A stretch of DNA of 64,000 nt from Pseudomonadota bacterium (GCA_039028155.1 JBCCIS010000006.1:10225-74224), one strand, 5' to 3'. Positions 22,791-33,540 are shown, counted from the first letter of the stretch. The notes: generated by a model not told the origin, from the letters alone. A program made the numbers and translations.

Positions 22791-24947
22791 GTGGGACGAT
22801 CGTTGGATACATCGCCGCGCGATAATCCGTTGCCGACCAAGCTGCAGATCGCCTTGCTTGGCGGCTTTGCCGTGCGCCACGGCAGTGGCGACGTCATCGA
22901 GTTGAAAGGCCAGAAAGACCGCGCTCTCCTTGGCTTTCTGGCGCTATCGCCGGGCGTGCCTTGGCCGCGTGACAAGCTGGCTTCGATGCTGTGGGGCGAT
23001 GCCGGAGACAAGCAGGCGCGTGACAGCTTAAAGCAGGCCTTGCTGCGCTTGCGACGTACGTTTGATGCGGTTCGTCCAGCGCCGCTTATCGCGAATCGTC
23101 AAACCATAACGCTTGCTCATGACGCCGCCATGGTTGATGTCACGGTGTTCGAAGATCTGCTCGACCAGGCGACGCTCGAGGCGAGCAAGCAGGCCGCCGA
23201 CATCTATCGGGGCGATCTGCTCGACGGTGTAGAGCCGCGCAGTACCGCATTCGACGACTGGCTTATGGTCGAACGCCAGCGGCTGCGCGACAAGGCAAGC
23301 GAAGCGTTGAACCAGATGATGTCCCAGGCTCTAGCCGACGGACGGCGCGATCTCGCGATGGTCGCCGCGCGCCGTCTCCTGTCGCTTGATCCCCTGCACG
23401 AAGCGGCCTGCCGGTGCTTGATGCAAGGTTTCGCCGATCGCGGCGAGGGCGCCCAAGCGCTCAGGCTGTTCGAGACACTGAAGGAACGTCTGCAGCAAGA
23501 GTTGGCGGTCACACCAGAACGTGAGACGGTCAATCTCTATCAGGCGATACGCCATCGGCGGCACCAAGGGGTGTCGCCAGCCGCGCCGCCGGCCGATGGT
23601 TTGGTCAACGGCCTGCCTGAGGCGCCATCGATCGCCGTGCTGCCGTTCGAAAACATGAGCGCCGATTCCGACCAGGACTACTTTGCCGACGGTCTGGCCG
23701 AAGACATCATCACCGATCTCTCGCGCATTTCCGCGCTGTTCGTCGCGGCGCGCAACAGCGTCTTCACGCTGAAAGGCAGACAGTTGGACGCGCAGCAGGT
23801 CGCGCGCGCGCTCAACGTCCGTTACGTGTTGGAGGGCAGTGTGCGCAAGGCGGCCGGGCGCGTGCGTATCACCGCGCAACTGGTCGATGGTGCAACGGGT
23901 GGTCAGCTTTGGGCGCAACGTTACGACCGCAGTCTCGACGACATGTTCGCGTTGCAGGACGAGATCGCCGAGAACATTGTCGACGTGTTGTCGGCGAAAC
24001 TCCTACCGGAAGAACTCAAAGGCATCGTCAGCCGGTCGACGACCAGTATGGATGCCTATCACTATTACTCTATGGGCCGTGGCTTCTACCTGCGCGGTAT
24101 CGACAAGCACAGCCTGCGCATTGCCAAGGAGATGTTCGTCAAGGCGATCGAGATCGATCCCGATTATGCGATTGCGTACGCCGCCCTAGCGGTTTGCGAG
24201 TCCTATCTCTCCATGGATCTCTCGAAGAACGATCCCGATACCAGCTTCGAGAGTTGTCTGAACTTCAGCCTCCGCGCGCAACAGCTCGACCCCAATCTGG
24301 CCGAAGCTTTCGCCGCGAAAGGGCTAGCGCTCTATGTCGCGGGTCTTTACGACGAGGCGTCCGCCGAGTTCGAGCAGGCGATCCGTCTGGGCCCGCACCT
24401 GTTCGAAGCGCACTTCTTCTATGCCAGGAACTGCCATCTGCAAGGCCGGCGCGCCGAGGCGGCCGATTTGTTCGAGCGCGCGGCGGCGTTGCGACTCAAC
24501 GACTTTCGGTCGCTAGGCCTGTTCTCCGAAGAATGCCAGGCGCTCGGCCGCGACGACGAGTTCCTCGCCGCGGCGCGGCGTTGCGTAGAGCGCCTGGAGC
24601 CGGAGATTGAGGCACATCCCGACAACGCCGGCGCCCTTGCGTTCGGCAGCGCGGTGCTGGCTGATCTTGGCGAGCACAAGAAGGCTCAGGACTGGGCCGA
24701 CCGGGCCGTGTTGATCGGCCCGGACGACTGCATGGTCCACTACAACGTCGCACGCACGCTCGCGTTGCTTGGGCAGCACGACCGTGCGCTGGACGCGCTC
24801 GATCGCGCTTATGATTGCTCGCCGGTCTTCCAGCGGCGGCTGGCGATGTGGATGCGCTATGACGAGGACTTCGATCGTTTGCGGCTGACCGCGCGTTTCG
24901 GCGCCCTGGTCAGTCGGTTGAACCAGACCCTGGACTTACCGACTTAG
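22791..24947 (+). CDS. BTAD/SARP-type winged-helix regulator fused to TolB-N-like and TPR regions
   Basis: 718 aa. LQIALLGGFAV...LKGQKDRALLGFLAL...LWGD...RDSLKQALLRLRR, then the BTAD helices, IAVLPFENMS..., and C-terminal TPR-like repeats. Confidence 0.75.
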   Translation: MGRSLDTSPRDNPLPTKLQIALLGGFAVRHGSGDVIELKGQKDRALLGFLALSPGVPWPRDKLASMLWGDAGDKQARDSLKQALLRLRRTFDAVRPAPLIANRQTITLAHDAAMVDVTVFEDLLDQATLEASKQAADIYRGDLLDGVEPRSTAFDDWLMVERQRLRDKASEALNQMMSQALADGRRDLAMVAARRLLSLDPLHEAACRCLMQGFADRGEGAQALRLFETLKERLQQELAVTPERETVNLYQAIRHRRHQGVSPAAPPADGLVNGLPEAPSIAVLPFENMSADSDQDYFADGLAEDIITDLSRISALFVAARNSVFTLKGRQLDAQQVARALNVRYVLEGSVRKAAGRVRITAQLVDGATGGQLWAQRYDRSLDDMFALQDEIAENIVDVLSAKLLPEELKGIVSRSTTSMDAYHYYSMGRGFYLRGIDKHSLRIAKEMFVKAIEIDPDYAIAYAALAVCESYLSMDLSKNDPDTSFESCLNFSLRAQQLDPNLAEAFAAKGLALYVAGLYDEASAEFEQAIRLGPHLFEAHFFYARNCHLQGRRAEAADLFERAAALRLNDFRSLGLFSEECQALGRDDEFLAAARRCVERLEPEIEAHPDNAGALAFGSAVLADLGEHKKAQDWADRAVLIGPDDCMVHYNVARTLALLGQHDRALDALDRAYDCSPVFQRRLAMWMRYDEDFDRLRLTARFGALVSRLNQTLDLPT

Positions 24948-24968
24948 GGACTGCCGTGCTGAGCGGCG

Positions 24969-27179
24969 TCAGCCGTCCGTGTCCCCGTCGTCGACGCCCC
25001 AGCCCAGCACGTTTTGCATGATGCTCCAGCGCGCCTCCGTGTTCTGCGGGCCAAGACCTCGCAGCCAGAAACGGGTTTGCTCGTCGTGCCAGCCAGTATC
25101 CTTGAGGTCGCGGATCAGGTCGTCGACGAAGATGCGAAGCCGCCGGCTATCCGGTGCGACGTAATAGACGTAGACGAAGGGTTCGCCCAGGTTCTCCGTC
25201 ACGGCGACGGCGATGTCTTCGTTCTGCTCGGCGATTGGACGCGCCTCGTGCAACGACCAGACGGCAGCATCGATCTGGGTGAAATCGGGCAGTGTCGAGT
25301 AAGGCGGCACAACGGTAATGGTGACGTCCGGCAAGCGATGTTTGAGCCGGTGCAGAAGCGATTCTTCCTGATAGACCCCGACCGTCGCGTCGGGGAAGTT
25401 CAGGACGTCCTGGCGCGTCAGAAACTGTGAGACCTTGGTGGCATCACCAAAGAGAACGGGCACGCTTTGCGCATAGGCGTCCGAGGCGACCAGGCCGCGC
25501 AAGCGCTCCTCCGTCACGTAGAGGCCGGACGCTGCGATGTCATAGCGGCCTTCCTTTAACTCCTCATGCATGTTGTGCGGCAGGAAATCGACAAACACGA
25601 TATCGACGTCAAGGGCATGGGCCAGTTCGTAGGCAAACGCGATGTCATAGCCGACGAGATTGCCCGCGCTGTTCCGGTAGACGAAAGGAATGCTGGAGTC
25701 GAAGGCGCCGACACGCAGCTCGCCGGTCCGCTGGATCCGCTCAAAGGCCGTTTCGCCGTCGGGCGCATCGCTCGCGTCGGGTGGGGGCGAGTCCATGCCT
25801 TCGTAACTCACCTTGATGTTCCGAGCGATAGAACTGGGCAGCGTGAACTCTGCATAGGACAGCGGGTGCGTCTTGTTGAGCGCGATGTCCAGTTTGCCCA
25901 TACCCCAGGCACCTGCCGCCATCACCACCACGGGTATGGCCACCGTCGCCAATAGCTTCAAGGGACGCAGCTTCAGCCTGCCGTAGTAATTGAGCGTGAC
26001 GAGAACGCTGACAAAGGCAATGGCGAATAACGACAGAATGATCTGCGGGTACTGCGCCAAGGTCGATGTTTCGACATAAACCTGGATCGTCTCCGGCGGC
26101 AGGGCAAGCCAACCGTCGATGAACGACAACGCGGCGACCGACGAGCCGACACTCGACAGCAGAACGACGAATGGCAGAACGATGCTGTTCATCAGATCGA
26201 TTGACGTGTTGAAGTAATAGGCGGCGAACAACACGAAGAGATAGAGGAACAGCGATCCGGCGTAACAGACGACGTAGGCGATCGAGATGTTGGTCGCGAT
26301 GACGTCGGCGCGGTCTTCGTCCTTGATCCCGCAGCGCTCGGCAAGGTTGCGCGTCATCTCAATGATGTAGGGCAGCGCCGCGGCAACGACAGTCGTGGCG
26401 ATGGCAATCGTCAGCGCTTCCTTCAAACCTTTGACGATCTCGCGATAGGAGGCCGGCGCCAAGGCGGCGATGATGGCGGGCAGGATCCAGACCCCCAAGA
26501 TCAGGCAGCCGAACGTCAAGAGGCCCAGGTAAAGGCCGATCTTGGGCAGGGAGCTGACCGGCAGGGTTCCGGCCGATGTCGCGAACAGCGCGAACGTCGC
26601 ATAGGGAACCAGCTTTGCCGTCCACAGCCAGAACTGAAGGCTTGTCTTGCGGACGGTCTCCAGCATGTCCAGAAGCGAATCCTTCTGGTCGATATGCTGC
26701 AGTGCCGCGCCGAAGATAAGACAGAAGATAACGACGGCCGGCATGTGGTTCTGGCTGAGCGCGGCGAACGGATCGGAAGGAAGCAGAACGTCCAGCAACG
26801 ACTCGATCGTTTGGATCTCGCTGTGGGAGGCTCGATAGACAAGCTGTTCGGCTGCCGGCAGACCAAGGGTCAACACAATGACCGTGCCAAGCGTGATGGC
26901 CCAGATTGCCACATAAGTCAGCCATCCGCGGCGGAACAGCCGCCCGGCAGTGGCCGGCGACATCGCGCCCAGTCCATGCAGCAAGGACGCGATGATATAG
27001 GGATAGACGACCGCCTGGACGAGCAAGACATACGCACTGCCGACGGGTTCCAGCACGGTCGCGTGCTCGCCAAAGAAAATGCCCGTCAGGATGCCCAGAA
27101 TGCCGCCGATCAGCACCTTCACGGGCATGCTGATAGGCTCACGTTTGGGTTTTTCCGCCACGGCGCCCGACTCAGTCAT
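24969..27179 (-). CDS. DAACS (sodium:dicarboxylate symporter family) transporter fused to a C-terminal SBP_bac_3-type solute-binding domain, paralogue 1
   Basis: The N-terminus MPVKVLIGGILGILTGIFFG...VVYPYIIASLLHGLG is SDF-like. Two extra TM segments follow, then LRVGAFDSSIPFVYRNSAGNLVGYDIAFAYELAHALDVDIVFV. The start was set to MTESG. Confidence 0.72.
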   Translation of the reverse strand: MTESGAVAEKPKREPISMPVKVLIGGILGILTGIFFGEHATVLEPVGSAYVLLVQAVVYPYIIASLLHGLGAMSPATAGRLFRRGWLTYVAIWAITLGTVIVLTLGLPAAEQLVYRASHSEIQTIESLLDVLLPSDPFAALSQNHMPAVVIFCLIFGAALQHIDQKDSLLDMLETVRKTSLQFWLWTAKLVPYATFALFATSAGTLPVSSLPKIGLYLGLLTFGCLILGVWILPAIIAALAPASYREIVKGLKEALTIAIATTVVAAALPYIIEMTRNLAERCGIKDEDRADVIATNISIAYVVCYAGSLFLYLFVLFAAYYFNTSIDLMNSIVLPFVVLLSSVGSSVAALSFIDGWLALPPETIQVYVETSTLAQYPQIILSLFAIAFVSVLVTLNYYGRLKLRPLKLLATVAIPVVVMAAGAWGMGKLDIALNKTHPLSYAEFTLPSSIARNIKVSYEGMDSPPPDASDAPDGETAFERIQRTGELRVGAFDSSIPFVYRNSAGNLVGYDIAFAYELAHALDVDIVFVDFLPHNMHEELKEGRYDIAASGLYVTEERLRGLVASDAYAQSVPVLFGDATKVSQFLTRQDVLNFPDATVGVYQEESLLHRLKHRLPDVTITVVPPYSTLPDFTQIDAAVWSLHEARPIAEQNEDIAVAVTENLGEPFVYVYYVAPDSRRLRIFVDDLIRDLKDTGWHDEQTRFWLRGLGPQNTEARWSIMQNVLGWGVDDGDTDG

Positions 27180-27215
27180 AGACGTCTTCCAGCGCGCTGC
27201 CATGCCGTTGTGGCA

Positions 27216-29426
27216 TCATGTTCCGGTCCCCGCTTCGGTCTCGTCGACACCCCACCCCAGGACATTGCGCATGATACTCCATCGCGGTTCGCGATGTTGA
27301 TCGCCCAGACCCTCAAGCCAATGCTGCGCCTGGCGCTCGTGCCAGCCAATCGATTTGAGATCACGCACCAGGGTGTTGACGAAGAGATGCAGGCGCCGGC
27401 TATCTGGCGCCATGTAGTAGACATAGACAAAGGGGTCGCCCAGGTTGTCAGGGACCGAGGCCGCGACACCGTCATAGATCTTGGCCATGGCCCGTGCGCT
27501 GACCAGCGACCAGACGGCGGCGTCGACCGACGAAAAGTCGGGCAGCGAGTCATAGGGCGGCACCAAGTTGACCGAGACCTCGGGCAGGCGGTCCTTCAAC
27601 CGGTTTAGAATCGAGGTTTCATGATATGTGCCCAAGGTCAGATCAGGATAAGTCTGGATCGACTCACGGGTGAGCAATTTGGACACCACATTGGTTTGTC
27701 CCAAAAGGGCCGGATCGCTTTGCAGGTAACTGTCGCTGATAATGAGTGTCCGCAGGCGATCTGGCGTGACGTAGAGGCCCGAGACAGCGATGTCGAACAC
27801 GCCACTGGTCAGATGGTCGGCCAGATTTTTTGGCTGGAAGGGCACGAAGACCAGATCGACGTCCAGGGCGTGGGCCAGTTCATAGGCAAACGCGATGTCG
27901 TAGCCAACCAACTCATGGTCGTTGTTGTAGTACGAGAACGGGATGCTTGAATCGAAGATGCCAACCCGCAAGGTGCCGGTGCGTTCGATACGGGCGAACG
28001 CCGTCTCGCCGGCGGCGACATGACCGGGTACGGCCGCTTCGGTCGCGGCATCTTCGACATGAGCATGAACGTTGCGGGTGATCTGCGGTGACAACGAAAA
28101 GTCTGCGTAAGACAGTGGGTGGGTCTGGGACACACTGCGTTCCAAATAGCCGATGCCCCAGGCGCCGGCCGCCAGGACAATCAGAGGCGGCGCGATAATG
28201 CGCGCCACCTTGAACGGACGGACCTTGATCTTGCCGTAGAAGTTGAGCGTCACCAGGATGCTGACAAAGGCTAGCGACATAAGCGTCAGAATGATCTTCG
28301 GGTACTTCGCCAGCATGCCGGTTTCCAGATAGACGTGGATCGTCGTCTCCGGCATGCCGAGCCAGGAATTGATGAATTCCAGAGCCGAGACCGACGACCC
28401 GACACTGGACAACAGAATGACGATCGGCAGGACGATGCCGTCGGTCAACGAAATCGACGTGCCGAAGTAGTAGCTCATGAAAAGCACGAAGAGGTAGAGC
28501 AGCAGGCTGCCGGCTGATGCAATGACGTAGCCGATCGACAGATTGGTCGATATCAGATCGCGCCTGTTGTCATCTTCGATATTGCAGCGATCGGCCAGCT
28601 TGCGTGTCGACTCGACGATGTAAGGGATCGCCGCCGCAACGACGGATGTGGCAATCGCGATGGTCAGGCCGTCCTTCAGGTCATGCATGATTTCGCGATA
28701 GCTGGCGGGCACGAACGCCGTCAGGATGGCCGGCAGAATCCATAAAGCCAGCATCAAGCAGCAGAACAGGAGCAAGGCCAGGTAGAGGCCGATCTTGGTC
28801 AGAGAACTGAGCGGCATCGATCCCGCGGAAGCGGCAAACAGGGCAAACGTCGCATAAGGCACGAAGACGCCGATCCACCGCCAGAACTGCATGCTGGCCA
28901 TGCGGACGGTCTCCAGCATGTCCAAAAAGCGATCCTTGTTGTCGACGAACTGCAAGGCCACGCCAAAGATCAGGCAAAAAATAACGACCGCCGGCATGTG
29001 GTTTTCGCTCAACGCGGAAAATGGATCGGACGGCAGCAGGACGTTCAGCAGTGAGTCGATCGACATCGAAATCGGCGGTTGCGGCGTGTAGACGTCTTGC
29101 TCCACGTGCGGCAACCCAAGCGACAGAAGGGCGGTCGCGCCGAGCACCAGAATCCATAGTCCCGTGTAGAACGGCCACCCGCGCCGGAAGAGTTTGATCG
29201 CCGTCGCCGGCGACAGGCCGCCCAAGCCGCGCAACAGCGAGGCGATGATGTAGGGATAGACGACCGCCTGGATCAGCAGAACATAGGCACTGCCAACCGG
29301 TGCCAGGAACGACGCCTCGTCGCCCAGGAACACACCGGTCGCGATCCCCAGGACACCGCCGATGAGCACCTTGAGCGGCATGCTCATGGGTTCGCGTTTG
29401 GATGCGTCCGCCATGACCAACAGCAT
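27216..29426 (-). CDS. DAACS transporter fused to an SBP_bac_3-type domain, paralogue 2
   Basis: Collinear with paralogue 1 (MPLKVLIGGVLGIATGVFLG...; LRVGIFDSSIPFSYYNNDHELVGYDIAFAYELAHALDVDLVFV). The start is uncertain (29426 or 29414). Confidence 0.72.
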   Translation of the reverse strand: MLLVMADASKREPMSMPLKVLIGGVLGIATGVFLGDEASFLAPVGSAYVLLIQAVVYPYIIASLLRGLGGLSPATAIKLFRRGWPFYTGLWILVLGATALLSLGLPHVEQDVYTPQPPISMSIDSLLNVLLPSDPFSALSENHMPAVVIFCLIFGVALQFVDNKDRFLDMLETVRMASMQFWRWIGVFVPYATFALFAASAGSMPLSSLTKIGLYLALLLFCCLMLALWILPAILTAFVPASYREIMHDLKDGLTIAIATSVVAAAIPYIVESTRKLADRCNIEDDNRRDLISTNLSIGYVIASAGSLLLYLFVLFMSYYFGTSISLTDGIVLPIVILLSSVGSSVSALEFINSWLGMPETTIHVYLETGMLAKYPKIILTLMSLAFVSILVTLNFYGKIKVRPFKVARIIAPPLIVLAAGAWGIGYLERSVSQTHPLSYADFSLSPQITRNVHAHVEDAATEAAVPGHVAAGETAFARIERTGTLRVGIFDSSIPFSYYNNDHELVGYDIAFAYELAHALDVDLVFVPFQPKNLADHLTSGVFDIAVSGLYVTPDRLRTLIISDSYLQSDPALLGQTNVVSKLLTRESIQTYPDLTLGTYHETSILNRLKDRLPEVSVNLVPPYDSLPDFSSVDAAVWSLVSARAMAKIYDGVAASVPDNLGDPFVYVYYMAPDSRRLHLFVNTLVRDLKSIGWHERQAQHWLEGLGDQHREPRWSIMRNVLGWGVDETEAGTGT

Positions 29427-29554
29427 AGTCGAAGCCGGGCGTGGCCGAAACGATAGGGTGTGGGAAGGTGTGGATTTGCTCAGGCATAGCCGATTGGCGC
29501 CGGCGGCGGCACAATGGCGCACATCGCATGCTTCTTGCTGGGGAGGTAGCCGCC

Positions 29555-30358
29555 ATGGCGCGCCAGTTCATCGATATCTCGATGCCGCTCGAGAACGACG
29601 TCATCTCCGATCCCCGGCCGTTCAATCCCAAGATCACCTATATCGACCATCAGATGAGCGTCGATCGCATGGTCGCGTTCTTCCCGGGGCTCACGGGCGA
29701 TGACCTGCCGGACGGCGAGGGCTGGGCGATCGAGAAGGTCGAGTTGATCACCCATAACGGCACCCATCTAGACGCGCCCTATCACTTCGCCTCGACCATG
29801 AACCGTAAGCTGGGCACCGACCCCGAGCGTGCCATCACCATTGACGAGGTGCCGCTGGACTGGTGTTTTCGTCCGGGCGTTAAGCTCGACTTCCGCCATT
29901 ACGACGACGGTTACGTGGTGACGGCCACAGACGTGGAGGCGGAGCTGGAGCGCATTGGCCACGACCTCCAGCCGCTCGATATCGTCGTCGTCAATACGGC
30001 GGCTGGTGCTGCCTATGGCGGCGACAGCTACGTCGATTCAGGCTGCGGCATGGGCTACGACGCGACCATGTATCTGTTGGAGCGTGGCGTTCGCCTGACC
30101 GGCACCGATGCCTGGTCGTGGGACGCGCCGTTCACCTATACCGCCGAACGCTTCGCCGAGAGCCACGACGCGTCGATCATCTGGGAAGGTCACCGCGCCG
30201 GGCGCGATATCGGCTATTGCCACCTGGAAAAGCTGCACAATCTGGAGGCACTGCCTGGCGACGGCTTCACGATCGCCTGCTTCCCGGTCAAGATCAAAGG
30301 CGCGTCGGCCGGCTGGACGCGGGCGGTGGCAATTCTGGACGATTCAGCTTCCGACTAG
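29555..30358 (+). CDS. cyclase-family protein (kynurenine-formamidase-like fold)
   Basis: MARQFIDISMPL...ITHNGTHLDAPYHF... GGGAGG lies 8 nt upstream of the ATG. Confidence 0.8.
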   Translation: MARQFIDISMPLENDVISDPRPFNPKITYIDHQMSVDRMVAFFPGLTGDDLPDGEGWAIEKVELITHNGTHLDAPYHFASTMNRKLGTDPERAITIDEVPLDWCFRPGVKLDFRHYDDGYVVTATDVEAELERIGHDLQPLDIVVVNTAAGAAYGGDSYVDSGCGMGYDATMYLLERGVRLTGTDAWSWDAPFTYTAERFAESHDASIIWEGHRAGRDIGYCHLEKLHNLEALPGDGFTIACFPVKIKGASAGWTRAVAILDDSASD

Positions 30359-31182
30359 GTCTTCCGGCAGATCATCTCGCGCGGCGCGCAGCGGCCGGCG
30401 GCGATGTTGGTGGCCATGTTCGCCACCTTCTGCTTGAAGTCCGCGCCCATCAACAGGTGCAGGCCGAGCGGCGGCGGACCGTCGGCGGCGTTCTTCTTCA
30501 GCCCATCGAAGAAGTCGATGGCGAAGTCGCGGCGGTCGTCCTCCTGCTCGATCGTGAAGCCGGCATCGGCCAGCCATCCGCGCATGGCATCCGGCGTGGC
30601 GAGGTAGCTGGTCGCCGGCGTCGCCGACCACGGCACCGGAAAGTCGAGATCGCCGCCTTCCGATCCCACCATCACATCGTAGATTCCGAAGACGGCGCCG
30701 GGTTTGAGGACACGTGCGACCTCTCGGTAAAGACCCGCCTTGTCCTCAATATTCATGGCGACATGCATGGTCATCGCAGCACCGAAGTGGCCGTCGTGGA
30801 ACGGCATCGTCAGCGCGCTGCCGTCGTGAAACTCGGTGACATCGCTCAGGCCCGTCGCTGCTGACAGCATGGTAGCGACGGCGCAGTACTCCGGCGTCAG
30901 GTCGATGCCGGTGACGTGGCAGTCGTGGGCATCGGCGACGAAGCGCGCGGTGCCGCCAATGCCCGAGCCGACATCCAGCACGCTCATGCCCGGGCGAAGG
31001 CCCAGTTTGGCCGTGAACGTCTCCGTCGCCTTGACGCCGCCGATATGGAACTCGTCGACCGGCGCTAGATCGCGCGGCGTCACGTGCGCCATGTCGGGCA
31101 CGACCGCGTGCACCGCTTCCATGATCCGCTGCGCCAGGTCGCCCTTGGTGTAGTGGCGAGCAACGGCGTCGTCGTCAGTCAT
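30355..31182 (-). CDS. class I SAM-dependent methyltransferase
   Basis: Motif I VLDVGSGIGGTARFVA, plus LKPGAVFGIYD. Confidence 0.8.
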   Translation of the reverse strand: MTDDDAVARHYTKGDLAQRIMEAVHAVVPDMAHVTPRDLAPVDEFHIGGVKATETFTAKLGLRPGMSVLDVGSGIGGTARFVADAHDCHVTGIDLTPEYCAVATMLSAATGLSDVTEFHDGSALTMPFHDGHFGAAMTMHVAMNIEDKAGLYREVARVLKPGAVFGIYDVMVGSEGGDLDFPVPWSATPATSYLATPDAMRGWLADAGFTIEQEDDRRDFAIDFFDGLKKNAADGPPPLGLHLLMGADFKQKVANMATNIAAGRCAPREMICRKT

Positions 31183-31564
31183 CGCCGCCGGCCTCCTGCT
31201 CGGCGAAAACGCGCTTGGCGATGCGGAAACACTCGACACCGACCGGCACGCCGCAATAGACGGCGATCTGATGCAGGATCGCCTGGATCTCATCCTTGGT
31301 GACGCCGTTGGTCAGCGCACCCTTCAGGTGCAGTTCCCACTCGTGCATGCGGTTCAAGGCCGCGATCATGGTGAGGTTCATGATCGAGCGGGTGCGCCGG
31401 TCGAGCGTCTTGTCGCCCCAGGCGTATCCCCAGCAGTTCTCCGTGACATACTCCTGGAACGGCCGGTTGAAGTCGTCCGCGGCCTCTAACGCGGCGTCGA
31501 CATAGTCCCGGCCCAGGACCGCTCGGCGCTCCTCCAGCCCACGTTCGAAACGTTCTTTGTCCAT
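31175..31564 (-). CDS. carboxymuconolactone decarboxylase (CMD) family protein
   Basis: 129 aa. WGDKTLDRRTRSIMNLTMIAALNRMHEWELHLKGALTNGVTKDEIQAILHQIAVYCGVP is typical of PcaC/CMD proteins. Confidence 0.8.
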   Translation of the reverse strand: MDKERFERGLEERRAVLGRDYVDAALEAADDFNRPFQEYVTENCWGYAWGDKTLDRRTRSIMNLTMIAALNRMHEWELHLKGALTNGVTKDEIQAILHQIAVYCGVPVGVECFRIAKRVFAEQEAGGDD

Positions 31565-31725
31565 GGTTGTGTCCCCCACTGGATGCTGTGTCTGCCAGCC
31601 ATACTCGCCATCGTGCCCACCGGAGGCAACGACTTCGGGGGGCACGTGTCGTTTCGGCTTTACGCGCGGTAAAAAATAGGACAAAAATTTTGCCGAGCTG
31701 AGATTCCCATCGGGAGGTCCGGTGA

Positions 31726-32844
31726 ATGGCGGATGTCGCGATCAACGTTCGAGATGAGGCGGGCGGCCCTTTGAGAGCCCTGGAGGCGCGGTGTTACACC
31801 GATGCCGAGGGTTACCGCCAGGAGATCGATCGGATCTTCCATCGCACCTGGCAGTATGCCGGCCACGTATCGGCGCTTTCGAAACCCGGCGACTACATGG
31901 CGTTCGACCTTCTCGGCCAGCGCCTGTTCTCGATCCGGGACCGGGAAGGTAAGGTGCGCACGTTCTATAACGTCTGCCAGCACCGCGCCCACGGCTTGGT
32001 GGAGGGCAGCGGCAATCGCAAGTTCATCACCTGCCCCTACCACGCCTGGAGTTACGGCCTGGACGGCAAGCTTCGCGCGGCGCCGGCAAGCGAGAAGACG
32101 CCCGGTTTCGATAAGAGCGCGATCTGCCTGACCGAAGTCCGGACCGAGGTCTTCGCCGGTTTCATCTTCGTCAATCTGGACGAGGACGCGCGCCCGATGG
32201 AGGCGTGGTTCCCGGATGTGGAAGCCGAGCTGCGTGCCTTCGTGCCCCATATCGACGAGTTGGCGCCGGCCTCCTGGATATCGATTAACGAAGCCTGCAA
32301 CTGGAAGGTCACGGTCGAGAATTACTCGGAGTGTTATCACTGCAAGATCAACCACCCGACCTTCGCCAATGGCGTGATCGAGCCTGAAACCTATAACGTC
32401 GCGCCCAAAGGCTATTGTCTGCGGCACACCACACGTTCGGCCAATCTGGACCGCATGACCTATCCGATCGACCTGGACGCCAACGAGCATGCCGGCGACT
32501 ACAGCTCCTGGTTCCTGTGGCCGGCCTTCTCGTTCCAGGTCTACCCCGGCAATGTGCTAAACACTTATCTGTGGCGGCCCGACGATGTCGGCAACACGAC
32601 GGTCTGGCGCGGCTGGTATTCGGCCGGCGGGAACGACGACGATGTCCTGACCCGCCTGGCGCAGCAGGACCTGGAAACGACAGTGGCGGAGGACATTCGT
32701 CTCGTTGAATCCGTCCAGCAGGGTTTGGCCAGCAAGGGCTATCGTCCGGGACCCCTGGTGATCGATCCCGAGCAGGGGCTGAACAGCGAGCATTCGATCG
32801 CCGCGCTGCATGCCTGGTACCGGGAGGCGATGCAGGGCGACTGA
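31726..32844 (+). CDS. Rieske [2Fe-2S] ring-hydroxylating oxygenase, alpha subunit
   Basis: CQHRAHGL...CPYHAWSY Rieske motif, then NYSECYHCKINHP (mononuclear-iron region). Confidence 0.85.
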   Translation: MADVAINVRDEAGGPLRALEARCYTDAEGYRQEIDRIFHRTWQYAGHVSALSKPGDYMAFDLLGQRLFSIRDREGKVRTFYNVCQHRAHGLVEGSGNRKFITCPYHAWSYGLDGKLRAAPASEKTPGFDKSAICLTEVRTEVFAGFIFVNLDEDARPMEAWFPDVEAELRAFVPHIDELAPASWISINEACNWKVTVENYSECYHCKINHPTFANGVIEPETYNVAPKGYCLRHTTRSANLDRMTYPIDLDANEHAGDYSSWFLWPAFSFQVYPGNVLNTYLWRPDDVGNTTVWRGWYSAGGNDDDVLTRLAQQDLETTVAEDIRLVESVQQGLASKGYRPGPLVIDPEQGLNSEHSIAALHAWYREAMQGD

Positions 32845-32911
32845 GGCCGTTGGCCTAAGGCCGCCGCCTCTGTCATCATCCGAGCATCATGAATGAGGGG
32901 GAGTTTGCGCC

Positions 32912-33394
32912 ATGGCCGTGGCCGTGTTGTGTCTCGTGACCGTGCTCTATGCCGGATACAATCTTTTCATCAAGGTCTCCGGCGGTCACGTCCCAGAAAC
33001 GGCGACGACGACGCTTCTGGCCACGATTTGCGTGCAGGTGGCGGCGCTCTGCGCATCCGCCTTGTTCGCCGGTGTTCTGCTCGCCCAGGGCGGCCACAGC
33101 TTCCGGCTGTCCTCATCGACCTATCTGTTCGCGCTGGCGGCGGGGCTCTGCATCGGCGGCGCCGAGATCGGCTATTTTTACCTGTTCGGCAATGTCGGCG
33201 GGATCAAGCCGATGGCCGCCAACGTGGCGGTACCGGCGATCGTGGTCGGCACCATCATCATTACCATGGTTGTCGCCCATTTCCTGCTGCGCGAGGTGCT
33301 GAGCCTGTGGCAGGTCGCGGGCATCGTCCTGGTGGTCGGCGGTATCGTCCTGCTGTTCGTTGGTGGCAGGGGCGGGTCGGCCGGCCACGTGTGA
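32912..33394 (+). CDS. single-domain EamA/DMT-like membrane protein
   Basis: 160 aa with about five hydrophobic helices. Confidence 0.55.
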   Translation: MAVAVLCLVTVLYAGYNLFIKVSGGHVPETATTTLLATICVQVAALCASALFAGVLLAQGGHSFRLSSSTYLFALAAGLCIGGAEIGYFYLFGNVGGIKPMAANVAVPAIVVGTIIITMVVAHFLLREVLSLWQVAGIVLVVGGIVLLFVGGRGGSAGHV

Positions 33395-33540
33395 GGCGAC
33401 GGGCCCTCAATCGGGGTGATCCGGCGCGTTGGCGGGGGCGTACCAGACCAGAATAGACACGTTAGGAACCCGCCGGTGTTACCCTATTGTTCGCGCGATC
33501 GCCGATTGTAGCGGTTCGCGTCATGCTGTCTGATGGCCCC

